64,000 nucleotides of DNA from Cellulophaga sp. (GCA_030731855.1 JANQTG010000143.1:20617-84616), one strand, 5' to 3'; counted from the stretch's first letter, positions 19,154 through 29,001 are shown. The notes: generated by a model not told the origin, from the sequence alone. Numbers and translations: made by a program.

Positions 19154-21427
19154 ATGAACAATATATCAAAAACAACTTATACCAAAAATTTACTCCCTTA
19201 TATCCCCTTTTATTATGTGATTTGGTCTGATGATTTAGTCTCTGCCTCTGAAATAAATGTCGTAAAAGCAGCTATTGAGAAAGATGCTACCCTAGAGACG
19301 AGTGATAAAAAAACCCTGATTAATTGGCTCAATACGAACAATCCGCCCAGTAATGAAGAACTTAAATTGTGGAAAAGCACCATCAACCATGCCCATATAA
19401 AATTAATAGAAAGTGATACCTATCCTTTAACTAGCTTATCAAAAAGACTAGTAGGCTATTACTATTCTAATGAAAAAGAAAACGAGCAGTTACAACATAT
19501 TGAGCTAAATTTAGGTATTCAACCCAATCATTACCATCACTTATTTGATGTAGAAGTGATTGAAGAAATCACCTCAGACTATTACGATAGTACTGCTATT
19601 GATGCGATTTTAAAAGGAGAATTTGCCGCTGGAGTTTCAAAATTTCATGCTACCCTTAAAGACTCCATTTTCGACTGGGACATCCAAAGAACAAAAGAAG
19701 ATTTTAGACAAAAAGTATTAGAGCAGGTAAAACATTTAGCCCAAGAGAAATATGGCGCTATGGCATACCCAGAGGCATACGGCGGCACTAATGATATGGA
19801 GTCTTACGCGTTTATCTTTGAAAACTTAATGTATGTCGATGGAAGTTTAACCATAAAATTTGGTGTACAGTTCGGACTTTTTGGAGGGAGTATTCAAAAA
19901 TTAGGCACTAAATATCATCACGACAAATATTTAACCGATGCTGGTAGCGCTACATTGCTAGGTTGCTTTGCCATGACCGAAACCGGACATGGTTCAAATG
20001 TAAGAGGTATAAAAACAACCGCTACTTATGATAAAGAAAATGATTGCATTGTTATTCATACCCCAGGCAAAAATGACAATAAAGAATATATTGGCAATGC
20101 CTTAGATTCTAAAATGGCATCGGTATTTGCACAACTGATTGTAAATGGTAAAAATGAAGGTGTACATGCTATTTTAGTTCCTGTTCGCGACGAAAACCAT
20201 GAGCTACTTAAAGGTGTTACGATAGAGGACAATGGCTACAAATTAGGCTTAAACGGGGTTGACAACGGTAAAATATGGTTTCATCAGGTGCGTGTGCCTA
20301 GAGAAAACCTTTTAAATAAATACGGTACCATTACCCATGAAGGTAATTATCATTCTGATATAGAAAACCCTAATAAACGCTTTTTTACAATGCTTGGTAC
20401 TTTAGTTGGAGGAAGAATCTGTGTAGCTAGAGCGGGTTTGGGAGGCGCAAAAAAAGCGCTTACCGTTGCCATAAAACATGCCTTAAAAAGAAGACAGTTT
20501 AATGATAGTATAAAAATTCAAGAAGATTTATTGATGGATTACCCTACCCATCAATTACGCTTAACGCCACTTGTTGCTAAAGCGTATGTGTACGATATTG
20601 CTCTACAGCACATTATGAAAGTATATAGCGATGAAACCATTACGGATAAACGCGAAGTAGAAACTCAGGTGGCAGGCTTAAAATCGGTCGTTACTTGGTA
20701 TGCAAATGATGCGATTCAAGAATGCAGAGAGGCCTGTGGTGGAAAAGGGTATTTAATTGAAAACCGAATTCCAGATTTAAAAGGTGATGTTGATATTTTT
20801 ACCACTTTCGAAGGGGATAATAACGTTTTGTTACAATTAGCAGCTAAAGGCGTTTTATCAGATTTTAAAGCAGAATTTAATAGTGCTGGCTTTGTTTCCG
20901 TATTAAAATTATTAAGTTCACAAATAAGCGATAAACTTACCACTGTGAATCCGTTATATGTCAATAAAGTAGATGCTGAGCATTTATACAATCCTAAATT
21001 TCATAAGCACGCATTTAGCTATAGAACTAGAAGACTTACCTATACTTTAGCCATGCGGATTCGTGATTATATCAAAAAAGGAGTACCATCTTATCAAGCA
21101 TTTTTAAAAGTACAAACACATTTAATAGCCTTAGGGAAAGCCTACAGCTGCGAATTAGCTTTTGATGCATTTACATCATTTACAGAAAAAATTGATGATA
21201 AAAAGCACCAAGAATTGTTTGAAAAACTAGGAACGCTATTTGCCTTATACGAAATTAGAGCCGATGCTACTTGGTATTTAGAACAAGGGTATTTTGGAAG
21301 CACAAAATCGAAAGCGATTCGGCAACGCGTAGAACGCTTATGTACCGAGTTAAGACCACATATTGAAGTATTGGTCGATGGCTTTGGAATTCCTGAGCAT
21401 TTAATTACCGCACCTATTGCCAAATAG
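19154..21427 (+). CDS. Acyl-CoA oxidase/dehydrogenase-family flavoprotein with N-terminal extension
   Basis: CFAMTETGHGSNV, NGVDNG, CREACGGKGY, TFEGDNNVLLQ (ACOX-like motifs). Confidence 0.88.
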   Translation: MNNISKTTYTKNLLPYIPFYYVIWSDDLVSASEINVVKAAIEKDATLETSDKKTLINWLNTNNPPSNEELKLWKSTINHAHIKLIESDTYPLTSLSKRLVGYYYSNEKENEQLQHIELNLGIQPNHYHHLFDVEVIEEITSDYYDSTAIDAILKGEFAAGVSKFHATLKDSIFDWDIQRTKEDFRQKVLEQVKHLAQEKYGAMAYPEAYGGTNDMESYAFIFENLMYVDGSLTIKFGVQFGLFGGSIQKLGTKYHHDKYLTDAGSATLLGCFAMTETGHGSNVRGIKTTATYDKENDCIVIHTPGKNDNKEYIGNALDSKMASVFAQLIVNGKNEGVHAILVPVRDENHELLKGVTIEDNGYKLGLNGVDNGKIWFHQVRVPRENLLNKYGTITHEGNYHSDIENPNKRFFTMLGTLVGGRICVARAGLGGAKKALTVAIKHALKRRQFNDSIKIQEDLLMDYPTHQLRLTPLVAKAYVYDIALQHIMKVYSDETITDKREVETQVAGLKSVVTWYANDAIQECREACGGKGYLIENRIPDLKGDVDIFTTFEGDNNVLLQLAAKGVLSDFKAEFNSAGFVSVLKLLSSQISDKLTTVNPLYVNKVDAEHLYNPKFHKHAFSYRTRRLTYTLAMRIRDYIKKGVPSYQAFLKVQTHLIALGKAYSCELAFDAFTSFTEKIDDKKHQELFEKLGTLFALYEIRADATWYLEQGYFGSTKSKAIRQRVERLCTELRPHIEVLVDGFGIPEHLITAPIAK

Positions 21428-22252
21428 TTATTTTTTGCTGAGCTGAGAACTATCTAAAAAATTAATAATAGTGATTTTTCCAGCTCCATAAAGGTAGGTT
21501 TTAGCAGATTCTTTAGAATCTAAATTAAAAATATTTGAGGCATTTACGTAAGCACTGGTAGAACCTTCTACTGTTAAGTTTATGTCTTGAGCATCTAAAG
21601 ATTCTGCTTTTAGACTAGCACTTTCGAAGAGTTGAATATTAAAATTAGCAGTATTGCCTTCCATTTTAACCTGCGCGTTTTTGAACATTTCTAAATGATG
21701 GGTTTTACTAGTGGCATATATTTTAGCATCAATTCTGTCTTTTAATGCAATATTGAGTGAATCTGCATTAATAGTAAGGTCGGCAAAACTATTTTCTAAC
21801 ATTAAAATATTAATTAAAGAAGCATTTGCATTAAGCTTTAACTTAGACGATCCATAGGTGTTTATTGTTAAAGCATCGGTGGTAATAACATCTTGCATTT
21901 CCATTTTGCCATCTCGTAATGTAATGCTATTTAATTGGTCATAATACACAATAATTTCCATTTTCTTTTTAGACCTTACCTCATAAAAAGAACTAATAGA
22001 AAGGGTGCCGTCTACCACTCTAAATTTTAAAACGTCTACTAAATTATCATCAATTTCTAAACTATAACCGAAATCAGATGATTTTTGAAGTGAAATATCT
22101 AGGTCATCATTTAATTCAATGGCTGTAAAAGGCGCTAAATCTTCGCGTACTTCAACCACTACTCTACTCCCCTTTATTTTGGGTTTTCGCTGGCCGTAAC
22201 TAATCGTTGTAGTTAAAAAAATAAGGGCTAAAACTGGAAACTTAAATTTCAT
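21428..22252 (-). CDS. GIN/DUF2807-type beta-solenoid exported protein
   Basis: Signal peptide, KIKGSRVV..E.R.L..FTAI N-terminus, repetitive beta-rich units. Confidence 0.75.
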   Translation of the reverse strand: MKFKFPVLALIFLTTTISYGQRKPKIKGSRVVVEVREDLAPFTAIELNDDLDISLQKSSDFGYSLEIDDNLVDVLKFRVVDGTLSISSFYEVRSKKKMEIIVYYDQLNSITLRDGKMEMQDVITTDALTINTYGSSKLKLNANASLINILMLENSFADLTINADSLNIALKDRIDAKIYATSKTHHLEMFKNAQVKMEGNTANFNIQLFESASLKAESLDAQDINLTVEGSTSAYVNASNIFNLDSKESAKTYLYGAGKITIINFLDSSQLSKK

Positions 22253-22340
22253 TTGGTCGTGTTTAATAATAAATCAATATACAATACTCCCAAAGATATT
22301 AAAAGCAAATACTGAATTTAATTAAAGTACTCGTATAAAA

Positions 22341-23204
22341 TTATTTTTTAAATGAAATTCCTAAGTCTTGGAAATGTGATTCGAGCTCAGCTGACGCCTC
22401 AAATGGGCGGAATTGAAGTTGTGAGTTGTCATTTAATTCTGTACGCACTTTATCTAACAACAAAGTTGATTTAATATAATCGCCATATAATAACTTTTTA
22501 TCAAAACGAATAAATACCAATCCCTTGTCTGGTAGGGTTTGCTTTAGCCTTTTTTCATTTAAGACATTGCCCTCACTATCTAAAATTGTACTGCCTTTAA
22601 AAGTGATATACGTATAGGTACTAAACAATGCCAAACCTTCTAACACTGTTAATTTATCTTTCCCATATAAATACTCTACTAAAGACGGTGGCGGTGGCGG
22701 TGGCACATTCATAAAAGAGACAGAAACCATCTCCGTTTCGGCATTATTCGATTCTTCTATCTGTGCTGCTAGAGCTGTAATTGATTTAAGTTCGCGATAA
22801 TTATAAGGATTGTATTCTAAAAGCTTATTAACAGTTTCTAAATCCTCAAGGTCGCCAGTCTTATAATGAATATTATTTTTTACTCGTGACACCTCTTGTT
22901 TAACAGCATCGATAAATTGATACGGTACTTTTTTATCTGCATAAAGTATGACATTCTGAAGAAGATTTTCAGTAATAGCCTTATTTTTTTGGTCTAAGAA
23001 ATTAAAGGATATATCATCAAAATACTCTAAAAGGGTATCATCATTGTAAATCTCTAGATTTTCGGTAACATATAAACTATAAAGTTGTGTTGCTACCTGA
23101 ACATTCATGTCTTTGCCACCATCTGGTAGTTTTATGTTTTGTTTAGGTTGGGCTGACAATAATTGCAGCACAAATAAAAGGAGAAACATTAAGTTAAAGT
23201 GCAT
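22341..23204 (-). CDS. Hypothetical exported protein with ExbD-like segments
   Basis: Signal peptide; IKLP, ILYADKKVPYQFIDAVKQEV and FIRFDKKLLYGDY segments; central Pro6 run. Confidence 0.6.
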   Translation of the reverse strand: MHFNLMFLLLFVLQLLSAQPKQNIKLPDGGKDMNVQVATQLYSLYVTENLEIYNDDTLLEYFDDISFNFLDQKNKAITENLLQNVILYADKKVPYQFIDAVKQEVSRVKNNIHYKTGDLEDLETVNKLLEYNPYNYRELKSITALAAQIEESNNAETEMVSVSFMNVPPPPPPSLVEYLYGKDKLTVLEGLALFSTYTYITFKGSTILDSEGNVLNEKRLKQTLPDKGLVFIRFDKKLLYGDYIKSTLLLDKVRTELNDNSQLQFRPFEASAELESHFQDLGISFKK

Positions 23205-23221
23205 AAAAGGTTTTCTTAAGT

Positions 23222-23680
23222 TTAACTGTTTTGCGAATAAGTTTTAATTACCTCCTTTTTAATATCCTCGTAAATAGAGAAGAGTGCTTTTAAAATTATC
23301 TCTAACTCTTTTTCTGAAGTATATTTTGGAATGTTTAACTCTTCCCTAAAGCCTGGCAGTAAATCCTCAGCAATAAAATCAAACCTATTGTTTAAAAGCC
23401 CATCGTTATTTTTAATATAAAACAGTATAGGTTCTATTAAGCCGTCTTTTATTACTACTCCGAAATTTAATTCAAATTTTTCGGTTTGAAAATCTAATTT
23501 AAAAAATCTATCCTTAGACAGGTAAACAAAGTTTTTATCTAATTTTTTGAGTATTTCTAAGTTAACATTTTTATTACTACCATTTAGCGTATTATCGTAA
23601 TCATTATAATTTAAACATATTTGTTTATACCTTATAATGAAATCTATTTTACTGAAAATCTGTTCTAAATTCATATTCAT
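23222..23680 (-). CDS. Hypothetical protein, possible toxin-immunity family
   Basis: 152-aa open frame in a low-GC patch; KIDFIIRY...FFKL...KDGLIE...PKYTSEKELEIILK.LF.IYEDIK pattern. Confidence 0.6.
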   Translation of the reverse strand: MNMNLEQIFSKIDFIIRYKQICLNYNDYDNTLNGSNKNVNLEILKKLDKNFVYLSKDRFFKLDFQTEKFELNFGVVIKDGLIEPILFYIKNNDGLLNNRFDFIAEDLLPGFREELNIPKYTSEKELEIILKALFSIYEDIKKEVIKTYSQNS

Positions 23681-23681
23681 C

Positions 23682-24038
23682 CTAGGAGTTATACGAAGTT
23701 AAATTATGGTAATTATATCTTAAATATAATGAAGTAAGGACAAAAAGCACAAGCAAGGCAATATAGAATATAATTCTTTTGACTAGAGAATTATACTTTT
23801 TTGCTCTTATATCCATATATAATAAATAAATCAAAGAAATTACCGAAACAGGAATCGTAACAAATAGCCAAAAATAGCCCAACAAACTTGGACTATAAAC
23901 TAATATTTTATATTCTATGGGAACTAACAATAACATATAAGCTAGAATAGTACTTACATAGAATATTGAATTTATTCGACAAACGCTTGATTTCATATTT
24001 TTTATTACATACCTAATATTACAAAAATAAATAGACAA
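23682..24038 (-). CDS. Hypothetical small membrane protein (start may be the ATG at 23996)
   Basis: About three hydrophobic segments; stop lies 1 nt before the next gene. Confidence 0.55.
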   Translation of the reverse strand: MSIYFCNIRYVIKNMKSSVCRINSIFYVSTILAYMLLLVPIEYKILVYSPSLLGYFWLFVTIPVSVISLIYLLYMDIRAKKYNSLVKRIIFYIALLVLFVLTSLYLRYNYHNLTSYNS

Positions 24039-24112
24039 TTTAGTGTTCCTTAAATACTACAGAAAAAAATACTATTTTAAATTCTTCATTTAAAAATCCA
24101 ATTTTATGGCAT

Positions 24113-24144
24113 AAAAAAACCCTTTACTCAAAGAACAAAGGGTT
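24113..24144 (-). terminator. Intrinsic terminator of the act-cox operon
   Basis: Stem AACCCTTT/AAAGGGTT with a U-tract on the minus strand, 20 nt after the subunit I stop. Confidence 0.7.
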
Positions 24145-24163
24145 ATAAATTTATTTTGAAATA

Positions 24164-25990
24164 TTAATGATTCATTTCTTCCTCACCATCTTGAAGTGGA
24201 ATAGTCTGCGGTACGAAATCTTGACCTGGAATTACATATTCTCCGTTTTCATCGGTTTTACTGTAATCATAGGCCCAACGATGTACTTCTGGAATTGCCC
24301 CTGGCCAGTTCCCGTGAATATGCTCCATTGGTGTAGTCCATTCCAAGGTATTAGATTTCCATGGATTTGTACCTTCTTTTTTACCGTAAAAAATACTGTG
24401 TATAAAATTATAAACAAATACTAATTGAGCGGAAGCAGCTACAATAGCAAACATGGTAATTAATATTTGAACATCTGTTAAATCATCAAACATTGGGAAT
24501 GCTGTATTTTGGTAATACCTTCTAGGTACACCCGCCATACCAACAAAGTGCATAGGAAAGAAAACACCATAAGCACAGATTGCAGTAATCCAAAAATGGA
24601 TGTATCCTAAATTCTTATTCATCATTCTACCAAAGAACATTTTAGGGAACCAATGGTACACTCCAGCAAATAAACCATACAAAGCCGATATACCCATTAC
24701 CAAGTGGAAGTGAGCAACGACAAAGTAAGTATCATGCACATTTATATCTAAAGTACTATCGCCTAGAATAATACCTGTTAGACCACCACTAATAAAAGTA
24801 GATACTAAACCAATAGAAAATAACATACCAGGGTTAAACTGAAGATTACCTTTCCAAAGCGTGGTAATATAATTAAAAGCTTTAACCGCCGAAGGTATTG
24901 CTATCAACAAAGTTGTAAATGTAAATACAGATCCTAAAAACGGATTCATACCAGAAATAAACATATGGTGACCCCAAACGATTGTCGACAAAAATGCAAT
25001 TGCCATAATTGAGGCAACCATCGCACGATAGCCAAATATAGGTTTACGAGCGTTTGTAGACATCACCTCAGAAGTAATCCCCAAGGCTGGTAACAAAACA
25101 ATATATACTTCTGGGTGTCCTAAAAACCAAAATAAATGTTCATACAAAACTGGTGATCCTCCTTGATAGTGCAGTACTTCACCTTGAATAAAGATATCTG
25201 ACAAAAAGAATGATGTCCCAAAACTCCTATCCATTATCAAAAGTAAAGCAGCTGATAATAAAACTGGGAAAGAAATAACCCCAATAATTGCCGTTATAAA
25301 AAACGCCCAAATACTTAAGGGAAGCCTAGTCATAGACATACCTTTAGTTCTTAAGTTAATAACCGTTACGATATAATTTAAAGACCCCATTAAAGAAGAT
25401 GCTATAAATATAGCCATAGACGTTAACCAAAGCGTCATTCCCAAACCAGAACCTGGTTGCGCCATAGGCAAGGCACTTAAAGGCGGATATACCGTCCATC
25501 CTGCAGCTGCTGGACCAGCTTCTACAAACAATGAACCTAACATAATTACCGATGATATAAAAAACAACCAGTAAGAAACCATGTTTAGGAAACCTGATGC
25601 CATATCTCTGGCTCCTATTTGAAGAGGAATCAGTAAGTTACTAAAAGTACCACTCAGCCCTGCTGTTAAAACAAAAAACACCATTATAGTACCATGTATT
25701 GTTACCAATGCCAAATAAATATCAGCATCCATAACTCCATCCGGAGCCCATTTACCTAATAAAGCTTCAAATACAGGAAAAGATTGTCCAGGCCATGCTA
25801 ATTGCATTCTGAATAAAATAGACATACCTATTCCTATGGCCCCCATAATCAAACCAGTAATCAAATACTGCTTGGCGATCATTTTATGATCTTGACTAAA
25901 TATGTACTTTGTTACAAAAGTCTCTTTGTGATGATGTCCATGATCGTCATGTGCATGATCATCTATATGTGCATGTGCTGTTGCTGACAT
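24164..25990 (-). CDS. ctaD: Heme-copper oxidase subunit I (aa3 type, A1 family)
   Basis: TIHG, WFLGHPEVYI (A1-type Glu), WGHH, VAHFH; D-channel Asp in GARDMA and K-channel Lys in SAVK. Confidence 0.96.
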   Translation of the reverse strand: MSATAHAHIDDHAHDDHGHHHKETFVTKYIFSQDHKMIAKQYLITGLIMGAIGIGMSILFRMQLAWPGQSFPVFEALLGKWAPDGVMDADIYLALVTIHGTIMVFFVLTAGLSGTFSNLLIPLQIGARDMASGFLNMVSYWLFFISSVIMLGSLFVEAGPAAAGWTVYPPLSALPMAQPGSGLGMTLWLTSMAIFIASSLMGSLNYIVTVINLRTKGMSMTRLPLSIWAFFITAIIGVISFPVLLSAALLLIMDRSFGTSFFLSDIFIQGEVLHYQGGSPVLYEHLFWFLGHPEVYIVLLPALGITSEVMSTNARKPIFGYRAMVASIMAIAFLSTIVWGHHMFISGMNPFLGSVFTFTTLLIAIPSAVKAFNYITTLWKGNLQFNPGMLFSIGLVSTFISGGLTGIILGDSTLDINVHDTYFVVAHFHLVMGISALYGLFAGVYHWFPKMFFGRMMNKNLGYIHFWITAICAYGVFFPMHFVGMAGVPRRYYQNTAFPMFDDLTDVQILITMFAIVAASAQLVFVYNFIHSIFYGKKEGTNPWKSNTLEWTTPMEHIHGNWPGAIPEVHRWAYDYSKTDENGEYVIPGQDFVPQTIPLQDGEEEMNH

Positions 25991-26033
25991 AACCTTTTTT
26001 TATTTATATTAATTTTCTTTTTCTAGCCTTTTT

Positions 26034-27098
26034 TTATTGTGCTGCCGAAGCAAGCATCATTTTTCCAAACGTCTGTTGCTCGGAAATCCATTTGTTGTAC
26101 TCGTCTTCGGTCACTACAATTATTTTCATCTGCATATTGTAATGAGATTTTCCACAGATTTTATTACATAGCAATATATAATCGAATTCCCAAGGATCAG
26201 AATTATCTTCACCTTTAGAAGCTCTTTCAGCCCTTATAGTGTTGGTTCTTTTAACCTTATCTATAATTTCTGGTTTCAAACGCATTTCTTCTGTTGTATA
26301 AATAGGAGTATAAGAAAACTCAGTAATCATACCCGGAACACAATTCATTTGAGCTCTAAAATGTGGCATATAAGCCGAATGAAGTACATCTTGCGAACGC
26401 ATTTTAAAATTAATCTTTCTACCAACTGGAAGATACAATTCTTTCACTATAATATCATCAGATGCATTTGGATCTGCTTCGTCTAAACCTAAAATATTCG
26501 CGCGGTCTATATCAATCATACGCACATTAGCATCGCCCAAAACATTATCTGCACCACTATACCTCGCAGTCCAATTAAACTGTTGTGCATATAATTCGAC
26601 TGTTAGTGGATCATCCTCATCATTTACATCCATAATATTGGTCCAAGTATAAAGTCCCCACAAAATCAAACCTGCTAATACTATCACTGGAATGATTGTC
26701 CAAATAAACTCTAAACGATCATTGTCTGCAAAAAACAAGGCTTTCTTACCCTTTTCACCACGATATTTAAAAGCAAAATAGTGCAATAAAAACTGTGTAA
26801 TGGTTTGAGCGATAAAAATAATTACCATTGACCAAAGCATTAAATTGTCTACATCTTGTCCATGTTCAGAAGATGCGGCTGGCAGTAAAACTTTAGTATA
26901 TTTCCAAAAACTAAAAATGGTTATTCCATAAATAAATACAAGAAAAGCGAACATTAAATATCCGTTATTCTTATTATCCTTATCCGTGGCAATTTGTGAA
27001 TTTGTTGTACGAATTTGCGATAATTCAAAAATTTTGGTCATTTGCCAAATGGCAATTGCGACTAATACTAAAACAGCTATAATTAAAAATGGCGTCAT
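26034..27098 (-). CDS. ctaC: Cytochrome c oxidase subunit II
   Basis: LEFIWTIIP, QQFNW, DVLHS, CuA motif CNKICGKSHYNM; no CXXCH, so not caa3. Confidence 0.94.
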   Translation of the reverse strand: MTPFLIIAVLVLVAIAIWQMTKIFELSQIRTTNSQIATDKDNKNNGYLMFAFLVFIYGITIFSFWKYTKVLLPAASSEHGQDVDNLMLWSMVIIFIAQTITQFLLHYFAFKYRGEKGKKALFFADNDRLEFIWTIIPVIVLAGLILWGLYTWTNIMDVNDEDDPLTVELYAQQFNWTARYSGADNVLGDANVRMIDIDRANILGLDEADPNASDDIIVKELYLPVGRKINFKMRSQDVLHSAYMPHFRAQMNCVPGMITEFSYTPIYTTEEMRLKPEIIDKVKRTNTIRAERASKGEDNSDPWEFDYILLCNKICGKSHYNMQMKIIVVTEDEYNKWISEQQTFGKMMLASAAQ

Positions 27099-27124
27099 TG
27101 TATGATTTAATGTTATTTTTTATA

Positions 27125-28411
27125 CTAGTAATGAAAATGTTTACTTTCCTCTATGAAAGGGTTTCGTTTTGGTTGTAAAGGTTGCTTTGATATTGCTCTA
27201 AATACCCACAATATGAATAAACCAGCAAAAAATAAAATTGCACCAATTTCTGGTATTCCAATGAACCATTGGTCTCCTACCGTTGCTGGCATAACAGCAT
27301 TAAAAATATCCAAATAATGTCCAATCAAAATCATAACACCGGCCATTACAACAAACCAATTCATTCTTTTAAAATCACTATTCATTAAAATAAGTAACGG
27401 GAATAAAAAATTTATGGCTACCATTCCGAAGAAAGGTAATTTAAAATCTGCTATTCTGGTTACATAATAGGTAACTTCTTCTGGAATGTTTGAATACCAT
27501 ATTAACATATATTGAGAGAACCATAAATAAGTCCAAAAAATGCTAATACCAAACATAAACTTTGCTAAATCATGAATATGGCTATTATTTACATCAGATA
27601 ATAATCCTTTTGACTTTAAATATATGGTAATAAGCGCAATTACCGTAATGCCCGATACAAACATGCTAGCGAAAATATACCAACCAAATAAAGTACTAAA
27701 CCAGTGTGGATCAACACTCATAATCCAATCCCATGACATCATTGATTCCGTAATAAGATAAAATACTAAAAACCCAGCAGATAACCTAAAATTCTTAATA
27801 AAATTGGAGTTGTCATTGGCTTCATCTTGAGCTAAAGATAATTTTCTAGAATACTCACGATAAAAAATCCAACCCCCTAAAAATATTGCAGCTCTAATAA
27901 GAAAAAATGTACCGTTTAAGTAACCAGATTTATTCTGTATTATCTCATCATGCGCAACAACTTCAGGATCCATCCAAACAAATAAATGATTCATGTGAGC
28001 AACTGATAGTGCCAACAAAATAAACATTATGATACCACCAGGCACTAAATATGCTGTAATGCCTTCCATTACCCTAAAAAGTAAGGGCGACCATCCTGCC
28101 TGTGCAGCACGTTGTATTGCGTAAAATGCTAAAACACCTAATGAAATCATAAAGAAAAAGAACGCAGCTACATAAAGGGCAGCCCAAGGCCTATTCGCTA
28201 ATTGATGTAATAAATGTTCATCGTGCGAAACATCATGTTCTCCTGCGGTTGCATGATCTGAACCAACATGATCATCACCATGACCAATAACCATAGCTTT
28301 AGCCTCCTCAACCGTACCTGGAGCAGATACAAAACCGATTCCCATACCCAAAGCACCAAGAATCATTAAAACAATTGAGGCAATTTTTAATCTATTTGAA
28401 ATAGTGTACAT
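27125..28411 (-). CDS. actF: Alternative complex III subunit ActF
   Basis: Polytopic; DWIMSVDPHWFSTLFG, FWTYLWFSQYMLIWYSNIPEE; position in the operon. Confidence 0.9.
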   Translation of the reverse strand: MYTISNRLKIASIVLMILGALGMGIGFVSAPGTVEEAKAMVIGHGDDHVGSDHATAGEHDVSHDEHLLHQLANRPWAALYVAAFFFFMISLGVLAFYAIQRAAQAGWSPLLFRVMEGITAYLVPGGIIMFILLALSVAHMNHLFVWMDPEVVAHDEIIQNKSGYLNGTFFLIRAAIFLGGWIFYREYSRKLSLAQDEANDNSNFIKNFRLSAGFLVFYLITESMMSWDWIMSVDPHWFSTLFGWYIFASMFVSGITVIALITIYLKSKGLLSDVNNSHIHDLAKFMFGISIFWTYLWFSQYMLIWYSNIPEEVTYYVTRIADFKLPFFGMVAINFLFPLLILMNSDFKRMNWFVVMAGVMILIGHYLDIFNAVMPATVGDQWFIGIPEIGAILFFAGLFILWVFRAISKQPLQPKRNPFIEESKHFHY

Positions 28412-28427
28412 ATCTAAAATCTATGTA

Positions 28428-28988
28428 TTATTTTGTTAACTCTTCTTTTAATTTCATAACATACTCAGCAACTTGCCAACGTTCAGTTTCCCTTAACTGA
28501 CTCGCATAAGATCCCATAGAATTTAAACCATAGTACATCGTATGATATGTGCTCCCAACAGTAATGTTTCTTCCAACATCAGCATAACTAGGAACACCTA
28601 ATATTTTTTCTCTTTCTACCAAATAACCATTCCCAGCACCTTTATTACCATGGCAAATAGCACAATTTATGTTATAAAGCTCAGCGCCTACAGCTAAATT
28701 ATCTTCACTATTTAAAGAATCTAAAGGACTTAGTTGCAATCTTGCCAATTCTTTACCTTCAAGTCCGTCAGCAAATTTATATGGCAAATGCCCTCTTGCA
28801 ATTGTATTTTCAACAAGTCCCTTTGCAGCCATACCGTTAGGCAAAAATTCAACAGCTTGGTAGGTTTCGTAACCAACCGATTTTGCCATGTTTGGCATGT
28901 ATTGGTAATTTGGGCTATTCTTGTCTGCACAGGAACTTAGTGCAGATACTACCAATATTATCAATGTTATGTTTATAAAACTTTTCAT
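28428..28988 (-). CDS. actE: Alternative complex III monoheme lipoprotein ActE
   Basis: Start at ATG 28988 (MKSFIN...) gives lipobox LSSC; YQYMPNM; one heme motif CAICH. Confidence 0.9.
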   Translation of the reverse strand: MKSFINITLIILVVSALSSCADKNSPNYQYMPNMAKSVGYETYQAVEFLPNGMAAKGLVENTIARGHLPYKFADGLEGKELARLQLSPLDSLNSEDNLAVGAELYNINCAICHGNKGAGNGYLVEREKILGVPSYADVGRNITVGSTYHTMYYGLNSMGSYASQLRETERWQVAEYVMKLKEELTK

Positions 28989-29001
28989 ATCTTTAATTGA
29001 A

